Assembly (NCBI GenBank): GCA_951406725.2
Contig: OX597817.1
Coordinates: 47,306,001-47,370,000 of the forward strand
Origin: Octopus vulgaris
Lineage: Eukaryota
Length of the DNA: 64,000 bases
Reading direction: 5' to 3'
The notes beneath the pieces were generated by a model, which worked only from the letters and a program-made list of their open reading frames with translations, was not told where the DNA came from and did not search any database. Below, piece by piece: positions 37,960 to 50,455 of this stretch. The translations under genes were made by a program, and so were the position numbers. Numbering within the stretch: position 1 is the stretch's first letter; each line of letters starts with the position of its first letter.

Positions 37960-38389
37960 ACATACAAAGGCAGAAAGCTGGCAGAAACGCTAGCATGGCT
38001 GGCGAAATGCTTAGCAGTATTTCATCTGTCTTTATGTTCTGAGTTCAAATTCTGCCATGGTCAACTTTACCTTTCATCAAGGCAAAGTCGACCTTGGCGG
38101 AATTTGAACTCAGAACGTAGCGACAGACGAAATACCGCTAAGCATTTCGCCCGGCGTGCTAACGTGTCTGCCAGCTCACCGTGCTATCCTAACATCTTAC
38201 AAAAGAAAAGAAAGAAAAAAAACATTAGATATTGTAATCTAGTTTATATCATGCCCAGGAAAAGAAAAAAAAACAACAACAAAAAAAAAACGGAATCTCT
38301 TTAATTAGAGATTCTTTAATTAGAGCCAACTTGGAGAAAAACAAACAACAAAAACAACAGTTGATACTAGAGGCTATAGAAGTGAAAGT

Positions 38390-38800
38390 ATGGATACAAG
38401 AGTTGATGGAACTGAAAGAAATGTTACTCCTTTTCACAACAAAGAATTTCTCTGTCTTTAGTAAAGTTGGAACTGCATGAAGCATGTGGAAGTATGGCGT
38501 GTGATGCTATATGCTAACAAGACATGTGTATTGAATGTGTGTCGACTTGAGAGCAATTAATAAAGTACATTTCAGAGAATGTTCAATTTTAGTTTGCCTT
38601 CAAGACAGAATAGAACTGAGGCAGAAAGAGAGAGATATCGACTATCAAAGATATTAGTTGATATCTGTAGGAGATTTCAGCTACTTTGGTATGGACGAGT
38701 GTCATATGCTGTATATGGAAGGTATTCACAGGAGAAGAAGAAGAAGAAAAACAAGAAGACTATCAAAGACATAGAAAGAGAAGTGATAAAGTCTGTTCTG
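38390..38800 (+). mobile_element. Very old RTE LINE remnant
   Basis: LLLFTTKNFS..MLYANKTCVLNV..RRFQLLWYGRV resembles RTE LLPLLxxKGFS..MLYASETW..RLRWYGHV. Confidence 0.5.
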
Positions 38801-39529
38801 TGGCTGGTGTACAAAGCATGTATAAAGAAGTAGACATGGCTGTGTGGTTGACAAGCTTACTTCCCAGCCATGTGGTCCCAGGTTCAGTCCTACTGTGCGG
38901 CATTTGAAAGCAATTAATAAAATACATTTCAGAGAATACTCTTTTCTTTTACTCTTGTACTTGTTTCAATCATTTGACTGCGGCCATGCTGGAGCACTGT
39001 GGTTGGCGTTAGGAAAAGCATCCAACTGTAGAAACACTGCCAGATCAGACTGGAGCCTGGTGCAGCCTCCTGGCTTCCCAGACCCCGGTCGAACCGTCCA
39101 ACCCATGATAGCATGGAAAACGGACGTTAAATGATGATGATCATGATGATGAGATATATGTGTGTGTGTGTGTGAGTGTGTGCACTTGTGTTTGCCCCCC
39201 CAACATCAATTGACAACCAATGCTGGTGTGTTTATGTCCCCGTAACTTAGTGGTTCAGCAAAAGGGATCAGATAGAATAAATACTAGGCTTACAAAGTGT
39301 AAGTCCTGGGTTCGATTTGTTCGACTAAAGGCAGTGCTCAAGCATGGCCGCAGTCAAATGAGTGAAACGAATAAAAGAATAAGAGAATATACAGACATCA
39401 TAAAAAAGAACGGAGAACTATACATCTTCAAATTTCATTTATTACAGTATTATTCTCATCAGATTTATTTTGTAATAAATAAATTTTGAAGACGTACAAT
39501 TTTCTGTTAAAATAATAATAATAAATGAT

Positions 39530-39856
39530 GATGATGTGTACAATGCTCAGGTGCACTACAACTCATCTAATGTGTATGTATAGTACATAGGGTAATGTAC
39601 AAGCGTCAGGAAAAGAACAGTGCATGAGTCATGACATACACATATGTGTATGAGTATGGAAGGGGGACAATCAGGTGTAGTTTCGGCGGATTTCGGAGAG
39701 CATGAGGGCCTTAAAGTATGCAGTGTCATGGCAGTCAGCAACTGACGCAGGCAGTTTGTTCCATGCTTCAGCAACTCTGAGCGTGAAAAAATGTTTCCAA
39801 AAGTCATGGGAGCTGTGCTGTTTTCTGACTTGGTACGCATGTCCACGTGTGTTCTT
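39530..39856 (-). mobile_element. CR1/L2-type LINE 3' end
   Basis: NTRGHAYQVRKQHSSHDFWKHFFTLRVAEAWNKLPASV. Confidence 0.85.
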
Positions 39857-40366
39857 CATTATGATGTCTTCATTATATCCTCTGTATCATCATCATCATC
39901 ATCATCATCATCGTTTAACATCCGCTTTCCATGCTAGCATGGGTTGGACGATTTTGACTGAGGGCTGGCAAGCCAGATGGCTGCACCAGACTCCAATTTT
40001 GATCTGGCAGAGTTTCTACAGCTGGATGCCCTTTCTAACGCCAACCACTCCGAGAGTGTAGTGGGTGCTTTTTACGTGCCACCAGCACAAGGGCCAGTTA
40101 GGCAGTTCTGGCAATGACCTCACTCGGGATTTATCAATTGAGTGATGTACTGCATAATTGTTTATCTTAAACAATTCTGCATGTCCATTTTCATTCAACT
40201 TGGTTGGCCAGATCCAGATTATATTAGAATGGTAATAACATACCTGCCCATATTCCAAATCCCTAACCCTTTATGTTATATACACACACAGACATGCTTA
40301 TATCAAGCAGTGAGAATGAGTGCTCAACATTGCATTGGTTAATAAATATTCTTTATTTGCTGATTA

Positions 40367-40529
40367 ACAAGGCTACCATTGGTTTCATGCAGAGATAATT
40401 CTCAACAATTGTCAAGCTTGCCACATGGGATATTGGTACTTGTTTCCATCTTAGAACCAAGTAGCAATGTCCATGTGGCAGACTTGACAATTACTGAGAA
40501 TTCTCAGCATGAAACAATAGTAGCATTGT
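40367..40529. repeat. Degenerate palindromic MITE-like element
   Basis: gctaccattggtttcatgc..gccacatgg / ccatgtggc..gcatgaaacaatagtagc. Confidence 0.7.
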
Positions 40530-40542
40530 GAATAATACATAC

Positions 40543-40606
<64 letters not shown>

Positions 40607-41178
40607 GTTTTATTTATTATTTTGCACATTACTTAATCATTGTTATATGTTTTATCGTATATTTAATCTTTCTATAATATGTAATTTTCTAGATGGTATA
40701 ATTTAATTTTTCATTATTGAATTGATAAAAGGTGGGTTTTTTTCTAATTTATATTTATATATTATATTTTGTGAAATTTGATTTAGTATTTCTAAATTGA
40801 ATTTTTCCCTGTAAGTTTGGAATAATATTCCCTCATATTATTATTATTATTAATATATATATATATATTTACCTCTGTCTGACATACAAAACACAGGTAC
40901 CATCATGTGATGAAATGGTACAAGCAAGTGGTACATAACTCATGCCAGAAAAGTTGTCCAAATTCCATACAAAATCTGCAGAATGGAACAAGAACCAGTT
41001 TAGATTTGTTTTCTTGCTAGTCTGTATCCCCGACCTACCATCTCATCTGCAAGGCTGGGTCAGAGAGTAAGAGAGATGTAGTGGTGAGTGGTTGGCATGG
41101 AAGGGCTGGAAGCCACACTGGACAGATGTGGTAGAAAATCTAATATATTGTACATATATATATATATATATGATGATG

Positions 41179-41222
<44 letters not shown>

Positions 41223-41224
41223 TG

Positions 41225-41255
<31 letters not shown>

Positions 41256-41599
41256 TTCTCTGTGTGTGTGTAGTGGTTGAAGAGGATGGGGAGGAGGCTG
41301 AAGTCAGTTCTTTTATGTTTGGAGGTGGAACGGAGCAATGTATGGCTAAGCCTGTGGGACATAGCATTGGGGAAATTTTTATTTATATATTTTTCCCTTT
41401 ACTTAGAATTTTTGGAGAGGTTTTTCTTTGTTCTTCATATTTTTTATCGTTGCTGGTTGCATGATGCCGATGATGATTATGATACTGGTGATGATGATGG
41501 CAAAGGGCGGGGTTAGGTCTGTCATGCTGTTGTTGATGTTTGTATCACTGCCAACAACAATAATACAGCAGAGAATGTATCGGAACGGAGCCCCATGAT

Positions 41600-42592
41600 G
41601 GATAGGAGAGAGAAAGAGAGATAGAGATACAAAGAGAGGGGAGGAAGAGAGAAAGAAGAGAATCTAAGAGAACTTTGAGGGAATAAGCTGAGAGATCTAG
41701 TGATGGAATGTGGATGGTACTGAGAGGGAGATGGAGAGAGAGATATGGAGAGAGAGAGATGGAGATGGAGAGAGAGAGATGGAGAGATGGAGAGAGAGAG
41801 ATGGAGAGAGATGAGAGAGAGAGTGAGAGACGGAGAGAGAGATGGAAAGAGAAAGAGATGGAGAGAGAGACAGTATGGGGGGAAACAATAGATAAATAGA
41901 GAGAAAGTATGCTTCTACATATTTATGAAAAAGATGAGAAAGAGAAAGAATAAGTGTATGTACAAATAGGGAGAGATAGAAAAGTGCATATGTGTGTGTG
42001 TGTGTGAGGGAGAGAGAGAATGAAACGATGAGTTTGTATGAGAGTTGAGGGGAAAGTAAATTGTGAAGAGAAAAAGAGAAAGTAGAAGGCAAAGAAAAAG
42101 AAAAAATGGGTCCAATGTAAAGAAAACAAAAAAAAAATAGAGAACAAAAGAAGGCAGGAGAGAGAGAGGGGGAGACAGAGAGATAGATAGATGGAAGGAA
42201 GGAAGGAAAGGAAGAAAGAAAGAGAGAGAGAGAAATACGTATAGATGAGAGAATGATAGATGTGAGATAAGTGAAAGAGATAGCTGAAGGACGGAGAGAT
42301 AGTGAAGTAGACAGAGAGAGAAGGAGATGAAAGAGATGAAGGAGAGAGAGAGAGATAAAAGATGAAGATGAGGGAAAACGTAGGTGAGAAAGAGAGGGGG
42401 CGAGAGGGAGATAAAAGCCGAAAGATGAAAAGTAGTGGATGAAAGATGATGAAAAGATGAGGAAACGAGAAGGGTGAAGAGGAAGGGAGGAAGAAACAAA
42501 GAAAAGGAAAGAGGAAGAGAGAGAGAGAGAGAGATAAAAGACATGAAGGAGAGAAAGGAAGAAGAAGAGAAACAAAATTCTGCCAAGTGCAT

Positions 42593-42630
<38 letters not shown>

Positions 42631-43142
42631 GTGAGAAAAATGAGAGGGGAGAGAGACAGACAGACAAAGAGGATGAGAAAGATAAGAGAGAGAGAGACAG
42701 AGAGAGTGAGAAAGATAGGAGGAGAGAGAAAGAGAGAGGCATGATGAGAAATTAAAGAGAGCTTCATAAAGAGGGAGATAGATAAGTAAATATAAGTCTG
42801 TGGTGATGGTGGTGGTGGTGGTGGTGGCAGCAAGGTGCGATAGAGGTGGCGAGGGGGTGGATGTTGTCAGCGGACAATAAATAGTACAGTCAGTTCAATA
42901 AATAGTATATGGCCAGTTGTTCAATAAATCAGTGAAGTGGGGAGAGATGGAATAAGTGAAGCATGGAAAAATACCCCACCCCTCTCCTGCCATCAGATTT
43001 CATACGTGTGTGTGTGTGTGTGTGTCTGTATGTGTGTGTGTATACATATATGTTTGTGTATGTATGTACGTGCGTGTATACATATATATGTATGTATGTA
43101 TATGTGTGTGTGTATATATATATACATATATGTATATGTGCA

Positions 43143-43174
<32 letters not shown>

Positions 43175-43350
43175 CATATATGTATATGTGTATACATACA
43201 TATATACACACATATATATAAAATATACACACACACATAAATACATAATATATATATATATATATGTATGTATGTAAGACTGCGTGTATATATATATATG
43301 TAAATATATAAACATACATACACACACAAATAGATGTATGTATGTATACG
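41600..43350. repeat. (GA)-rich purine tract followed by (TG)/(TA) microsatellite
   Basis: Directly visible. Confidence 0.9.
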
Positions 43351-43577
43351 AAATTATGGGTGTAATATGTGTTTAATAAGCATAGATGTGTGTAATATAT
43401 AACTGTGTAATTTTATGATATATAGATATCATCACCATCATCATAATTATAGTCTTCAGCGACATTAATCTTTATAATCAAGTTTTATGTCTAGTCTTTT
43501 CTGTCGGCATGTGTTAGAAAGATAGGCTGGATTAAAGCATCCTAAAACCCAGCCATTGCAGCTGGGTTTTAAGAGTA

Positions 43578-43977
43578 AGGAGTAGCTGTGTGGTAAGTAG
43601 CTTGCTTAAAAACCACATGGTTCCAGGTTCAGTGCCACTGTGTGGCACCTTCAGCAAGTGTCTTCTACTATAGCGTCAGGCCAACCAAAGCCTTGTGAGT
43701 GAATTTGGTAGACAGAAACTGAAAGAAGCTCGACATATATATGTGTGTGTGTGTGTGTATGTATGTATATGTGTGCGTATATGTTTGTCCGCCACCAACA
43801 TTGCTTGACAACCGATGCTGATATGTTTACGTCCCTGTCACTTAGCGGTTCGGCAAAAGAGACCGATAGAATAAGTACTAGGCTTTCAAAGAATAAATCC
43901 TGGGGTCGATTTTCTCGACTAAAAGGCAGTGCTCCAGCATGGCCACAGTCAAATGATTGAAACGAGTAAAAGAGTAA
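43578..43977 (+). mobile_element. OK/OR-type SINE
   Basis: Matches the in-window consensus. Confidence 0.85.
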
Positions 43978-44339
43978 CAGGAAAGGCATCCAGCTGTAAA
44001 ATAACACCTTAGTAATATACATTTGTCAACGCATGCTAATGTAGAAAGATAGTCATAAAAAAAAACCAATACAAAAACAAATATACAACCAAATAAACAC
44101 GCTTTAACGAGGAATAACTTTGCTCAGCATTTCAGCTCAATCAGAGTCCTAAAAGCCAATAAACTGGATCGCTGTTTCATTAACGACAATAACCTCAGAG
44201 AAAAATGTCTTACAAGAATTACAGCTCCCACAGCTCATTATCGATATATATCTCCCCAAACCAAAACAGATCATAGAAAAATGTTGCAATAATCATAATG
44301 ATGATGATCATGATGATAATAATAACAATAATGATAATA

Positions 44340-44960
44340 ATATTTTGTCTTGGTATAAAAGATGGGCTACAGCAAATATTCTGCTCAATACCACAGATTT
44401 GCTTGACAGTTGTTTGACCTTAACCAGTTGAGCATGTCCCTGAGTGGCTGACGATATGTGCATCTTCGATCACGAGCAGAAGTAGTGGTGGAGCATCATA
44501 TCCATGTGTTGAGAGGGATTCTTTGGGGTTTGAATAATACACCTCTGGAAACATGGGTGTTTCATTCAACATCCTTAAACAACTCTTATTCAGGGACCTT
44601 TTGAGGGGGATGGGTTACTCAACCAGAAGAAAATTCTAACTGGGGCCCACCTGCCATGTCATGCACTGTTTATCTTGATATGAAATCACTATGTCGCACA
44701 CATTTGGTTGTGATGCATGTGCCTGGTGTACCCTTATCAGACGGGTAGTCATGATGGGTATACTGGGCTTCATACATTTTACCCATTTTACCCCAGTGTA
44801 ATTTTGGTGGCATGCACTGCTCTCTCACTTAATAATAATAATAATAATAATATTAATAATAATAATGATGATAATGATAATAATGATGATAATAATGATG
44901 ATGATAATAATAATAATAATAATGATGATGATGATGATGATGATAATAATGAAGATGATG
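44340..44960 (+). mobile_element. Unclassified interspersed repeat ending in (AAT)n
   Basis: Its start (tataaaagatgggctacagcaaatattctgctcaa) recurs inverted at about 185-235. Confidence 0.55.
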
Positions 44961-45986
44961 ACAGCAACTACAATATGAGCAGTAGAAAGATTTTTTTTTT
45001 TCCCTACATTGTGTATCATCGCTTCCGAGTGATATCAATTATATTTCAGTTTTCAGTTCTTCTGAGTCAGACTTAGGTGAATGAATGATGAGAATGATGA
45101 CCACGACAATGACAACAACAGGTGATGTTTGTATGCATGTCTGTATGCATCCATGTGTGAATATATGTATGAGTATATATATGTATGTGTATGTATGTAT
45201 GTATGTATGTATGTATGTATGAGTATATGTACATATATGTATGTATGTATATATCTGTATGTATGCATGTATATGTATGCATGTGTATGTATGAGTATAT
45301 AAGTGTGTGTGTGCATGAATGATGCATGTATGTATGATGTATGTATGTCTGTCTGTCAGTATGTATGGATGTCTATGTATTTATGTATGTATGAGTATAT
45401 GTACGTATATGTCTGTATGTATACATGTCTGAACGTATAATGCATATATGAGAATATGTAAGTACGTGAATTCATGTATGTATATATGCATGAGAATATG
45501 TAAGTATGTGTATATATGCATGTATGTATGTATGTATGTGTATGTATGCATGTTTGAAGTCTGCATGTATGTTTACATGTCTGTATCTATGCATATATGC
45601 ATGTATGAGAATATGTAAGTATTTGTATGTATGCATGTATTTATGTATGTATGTATGTATGAATATATATATGCATGTATATGTACATATGTGTATGTAT
45701 GTGTATGGATCTCTTTGTATGCATGTGCAAGTGTGTGGTGTATGAACATATGCACCAACAAAGATGTATGCATGAGTACATGCATACATATATATATGTA
45801 TGTGTATGCATGCCTATATGCATATATATATATGTGTGTATGTGTATATATGGATTTATGTGCATATCTGTAGGTATGCATATATATGCTTGTATGTGCA
45901 TGTATGTATATATGCATTTATGTGTATGTGAGTGAGTGTGTGTGTCTATGGAAGTATGTATGTTTGTATATAACAGGGATACTTAC

Positions 45987-46050
45987 TGAACGCTTGCTGG
46001 ACCGCTTCAGCAATGATTTGTAAAGGAAGGCCCGAAACTTTAATATCAGC
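45987..46050 (-). CDS. PNPT1: Internal coding exon (64 nt, phase 0 to 1) of mitochondrial polyribonucleotide nucleotidyltransferase (PNPase): ADIKVSGLPLQIIAEAVQQAF
   Basis: Minus strand reads ttctcttctttctcctttctcag|GCTGATATT...GCGTTCA|gtaagt. Peptide matches human PNPT1 [21 protein letters not shown] (recalled from memory; 12/21 identical). Not in the ORF track. Confidence 0.93.
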
Positions 46051-46110
46051 CTGAGAAAGGAGAAAGAAGAGAATAGAATCATTCACAAACACAGGTATTT
46101 ATAAAATGTC

Positions 46111-46555
46111 AACGAAGAAGAAGAACAACAACAACAACAAAAACAACGAGGAAGAAGAGGAGGAAGAGAAGAAGAACAAGAACAACAATGAGAAAAACAA
46201 CAAGAAGAACAACGAGAAGAACAACAAGGAGAAAAACAACGAGAAGAAGAAGAACAACAACAAGGAGGAGGAGAAGAAGAACAAGAACGAGAAGAACAAG
46301 AAGAACAACAAAAACGAGAAGAAGAAGAACAACAACAACAAGGAGGAGGAGAAGAAGAACAAGAACAACGAGAAGAAGAAGAACAACGAGGAGGAGGAGA
46401 AGAACAAGAACGAGAAGAACAACAAAAACGAGAAGAACAACAACAAGGAGGAGGAGAACAAGAACAAGAAGAACAACAAGAACAAGAAGAAGAACAACAA
46501 CAAAAACAAAAAGAACAAGAACAAGAACAAGAAGAAGAACAACAACAACAACAAG
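46111..46555. repeat. Mixed (AAC)/(AAG)/(GAG) triplet repeat
   Basis: Directly visible; explains four stacked ORFs. Confidence 0.92.
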
Positions 46556-47229
46556 CCATACACACTATGTTAGGCAGCAGGGGCTAAAATGAATGCAGAT
46601 GTATTTGCTGTCTTTTTGGGGCCCTGTTTTGTTTTTTCTTCAGTACCCAAAAAGAATGAAAGGTGACCACTGGCTTCCAATGTTGCTTTCAGCTAAATAA
46701 CAATAGTGTGTTAATAAACAATAGTATGCAGAAAGAGAACAAGGAGCAGAGAAGAAGCTAACAAGAGCAAGGAGGTTGTAAAAAACAAAAAAAACAAAAA
46801 AAAAAAGTAGGGGTACTGATGCAAAACAGACAATGCACTTTGCTGTACTTCTGCTTCTTGTTTATACAATAAAATATCATGACATGATGTGTTTTGAATT
46901 TGTAAACAACGAGAATAGTGAAGGAAAAAGCATGTTCAGTCATTTTTTTTTCTTTGGCATGTTTGCATGTTCAGCTTTTATGCATGTGTGTGTGTGTATT
47001 AGTCGCCATGCTCTGATGCAGCATCATAGTTGTAAACGAGTGTCACTGTCATACAAGTGGTGTCCTTCATTTCCAGTCTTCTGTGAAAGCATGTTTGGTC
47101 ATAGAGAACTAATGCTTCACTTCGAAACAGGTAAGGGATGGGGATGGTAACAGCAAGGCTATCTGGCTGTAGAAAATCTGCCACAAGAAATTCTATACAA
47201 ACATGGAGAAGTGGGTATAAAAACGATTC

Positions 47230-47530
47230 TGCTGTTGTTGTTGTTAAGCAACAAGACGGGTAAGGGTGATTTCACTGCGTCCGTTCTGTGAGTTGGGAGA
47301 TGTCTGGCAGGTCGGGAGTGGAAGTCCACTTTTCCCAGATCCGAAGGACAGGGAGAGGGTCACAGGCCAGAGCCTCTGGTGGGGTTGGCATTTGCGGAGG
47401 GCGATGGATCCGTGGACTATCGTAGATGACATGCGCCATTCAAGAATTTGGACCTGGAGATCTCTATTTCCAGCGACTTCGAGGGCCACCTCCTGGTGGT
47501 GTGGGGCGTCAACGAAGAGCCCTCAACTAC
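47230..47530 (-). mobile_element. GC/CpG-rich LINE-like 3' fragment with an (AAC)n tail
   Basis: GGPRSRW..RDLQ..EWR..STIVHG resembles LINE C-termini; composition differs from the flanks. Confidence 0.45.
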
Positions 47531-47703
47531 AACAAGAAGACCAATGTTTTTTTGTGCTTTTTGTTGTTGTTGCTTCTGCTGCTGCTGCTGGTGATGATGA
47601 TCAAATTTCTTTCTATTCCCATCTTTACACATCTTCGTCTCCACTCTCACAATCCTGCAACCATATTTGCCCACTGACACCACTTCTTATAACACGAGGG
47701 TAC

Positions 47704-48013
47704 ACAGTTCTATATTTAAGAGATGAGGAATTATGTACATTATTTACACGGGCATATGGCATAGCAGATAAAAGTACGGGCTACTAACCCCAAGAGTCTG
47801 AGTTCGATTCCAGGCAGTGAACTGAATAATAATAACAACGATGACAACCGATGCCGACGCTGCCAACAATGACATCAAAAAAATACCTTAGGATTGAGAA
47901 CCAAGGTTCAAAATTTCCCCAAGACACCTGATGAAAACTGGAGGGTATATCAGCTGAAACGTATTAACAACAAACAAGATGAGGACAAATACCCGTCAAA
48001 TGTAAATAATGTA
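47704..48013 (+). mobile_element. tRNA-head + hammerhead SINE-like element, third copy, preceded by an inverted copy of the family tail (47704-47748)
   Basis: 47704-47748 is the reverse complement of 29352-29396. Ribozyme at 47923-47965 is degenerate. Confidence 0.8.
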
Positions 48014-48333
48014 TAAAGGTACACCTTGACACATCTTCTCCATCGTGGGTAAGCATGTATCTCCCCAACAGAAAGACACTACTTCCCATTCCTCTATCAT
48101 ATTTTAACCTTTCCATCACCTGGCCTCAACACTACTCCCCACTCAGTTGATCAGGGATGTCTTATCATGCAAGATATCTGGTGAACTCACCAGTGCTGGT
48201 GCCATGCAAAAAGCACTCATTATATTCTGTAAGGTTGCTGGTATTAGGAAGGACATACAGTTGTAGAAACCATGCCAACGTAAGCATTTGGACAAATCCT
48301 CTGGCTTGCCAGTTCCTGTTGAACTGTCTAATC

Positions 48334-48854
48334 AAAGGGTCACCAAACTACGGCCAATGAGATCAGTTCATATGCACCTCTGCCATGCTATACCTTTTGT
48401 GCAAGTACCCGCAATGGGAGTTCATCTACATCTGGTATGGCATCAGTGTCTGGGACAGCTTATGTCTGTGAGCAAACATTTTCAAAAATGAAGAATGCGA
48501 AGTCAGCACATCGAACAAGGTTGACTGATGAGCCTTTGGAAGCAATTCTCTTGGTTGGATGCAGCAATTCCAAAGCAAATATTGATGATATCTTTAAAAC
48601 TAAACACCAGCTTCACAAATCTCACTAACCTTTTTTGCCTAGTTTGTGAGATTCGGATATGTGTGCACTGGGGGTGATATAACTATCTTGTTGCTAACAG
48701 TGCCTTCTTTGATAACATTTTGGCAAATAAATGTGTATGTTGTCTTTATGTTTTGTGTATTCACTGTATTGTATTAAACAAAATGGTTGTGTGATCTGCG
48801 CTCATCAATCTCTCAGTTATCTCGCCCATCATGAAAAAGGTTTGGTGACCCCTG
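48334..48854 (+). mobile_element. Internally deleted hAT (Charlie/SPIN-like) transposon with TIRs, an 8-bp TSD and the transposase C-terminus
   Basis: TIRs aaagggtcaccaaac / gtttggtgacccctg; TSD gtctaatc/gtctaacc; SVSGTAYVCEQTFSKMKNAKSAHRTRLTDEPLEAIL is the hAT dimerisation domain. Confidence 0.88.
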
Positions 48855-49181
48855 GTCTAACCCATGTCAATGTAGGAAATGGATATTAAAAATAATGACA
48901 ATTCTCATTTCACAAAATTAATAGTACCAACCGCTGTCTTTGGCCTATAGCCAGACTTAAACTGTTTAATGCTAGCATTATTAGTAAACAAATTTCAACT
49001 CAATATAACAGGATTTTTATGTGCAGCTATGACCATGTAGCTAAGAAGCTTGCTTATGAAAGGATGGGCTTGATTTCAGAGAAGAGTACCATGAGCAAGT
49101 GTCTTTTAATGTTGTCTCAGACCATCTCAAGATTTTGAGAGAAACAGGGTAGATTTTAAGCGAAACAGGATTTTGAGAGAA

Positions 49182-49467
49182 ACCAGTTGAGAAGTTTCAC
49201 AAAGAAAGCAACAAGAGCAATCCATAAATGCCCAACTGCAGAGAGTTCGTTCAAGTGGAACATGAAATCTGTATAACAAGGAATAAAGGAAATGAAACAG
49301 CAAAAGTCTATAGAAAAACGAGATGTGTACAAGAGAGAGAGAAGAATTATTCATTTCTCGAAGAATGTTAAAAATAGAATAGAATTAAGTGATTAAAGAC
49401 TGTTAATTATAATGACTTTTTCCTTTCGTTTATCTCGTTAGTTATCAAAGATCAAAGTTTATCAAAG
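49182..49467 (+). repeat. Local direct duplication of 52816-53102
   Basis: About 286 bp, near-identical. Confidence 0.92.
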
Positions 49468-49942
49468 TTTAGTGGTTCAGGTATACAGTTCATAATTCTA
49501 GGGTCATGAGATTGATACCCAGTAACATGTTGTGTCCTTAAGCAAGACATTTTATTTCACATTCATCCAGTCCACTCAGCTGGTAAAAATGAGTTGTACT
49601 TGTGTTTCAAAGGACCAACCTTATCACATTCTGTGTCATGTTGAAGCTCCCTGAAAACTACATTCAGTGTATGCATGTCCGTGGAGTGCTCAGCCGCTTG
49701 CACATTAGTTTCACAAGCAAGCTGTTCTGTTAATCAGAACATCTGTCATCACAACCGACAGTGTACCAGTTTAAGGAATGTGTAGGCCAGACTGTGTCTG
49801 AGAAATAAGCATTCCTTTCTTCTATCAGATTTGGAAGCTCTCCAAAAGCCATTGACACTACTTCCTCCAATAACTTTTTTTTTTTTTAATAATCCCTCAG
49901 GTCCCATTTTCCATCTTTATTGGAAAAATTTCTAAATACACA

Positions 49943-50455
49943 GGAGCAGAAGTGGCTGTGTGAAAAGTAGTTTGCTTACCAACCACATGGTTCTGGGTTC
50001 AGTTGCACCTTGGGCAAATGTCTTCTACTATAGCCTTGGGCCGACCAAAGCCTTGTGAGTGGATTTGGTAGATGGAAACTGAAAGAAGCCTGTCGTATAT
50101 ATGTATATATATATATAAAGTGTGTGTTTGTGTGTCTGAGTTTGCCCCCCACCCCAACATCACTTGACAACTGATGCTGGTGTGTTTATGTCCCCATAAC
50201 TTAGCGGTTCGGCAAAAGAGATCGATAGAACAAGTACTAGGCTTACAAAGAATGAGTCCTGGGGTCGATTTCCTCAACTAAACATAGAGGGGACAAACAA
50301 TGACACACAAAGGGATTAAGTCGATTACATCGACCCCAGTGCGTAACTGGTACTTATTTAATCGACCCCGAAAGGATGAAAGCAAAGTTGACCTCAGCGG
50401 AATTCAAACTCAGAACGTAGCGACAGACGAAATACCTATTTCTTTACTACCCACA
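49943..50455. mobile_element. OK/OR-type SINE (+) fused to a Meta-like SINE (-)
   Basis: Consensus switches at about 50281. Confidence 0.75.

Larger units (their letters stand above)
19898..45986 (-). other. PNPT1: PNPT1 intron, about 26.1 kb, GT-AG (contains a 100-N gap)
   Basis: Lies between two exons that are contiguous in the protein. Confidence 0.85.

Noticed and set aside
41697-42833. 378-aa ORF (the longest in the track) and similar Leu/Ser/Phe ORFs at 26-28 kb and 35.5-37 kb
   Set aside because: Translations of (CT)n/(CA)n tracts that lack stop codons.
46083-46592. Lys/Asn/Glu-rich, Arg/Thr-rich and Cys/Ser-rich ORFs
   Set aside because: Triplet microsatellite within a PNPT1 intron.
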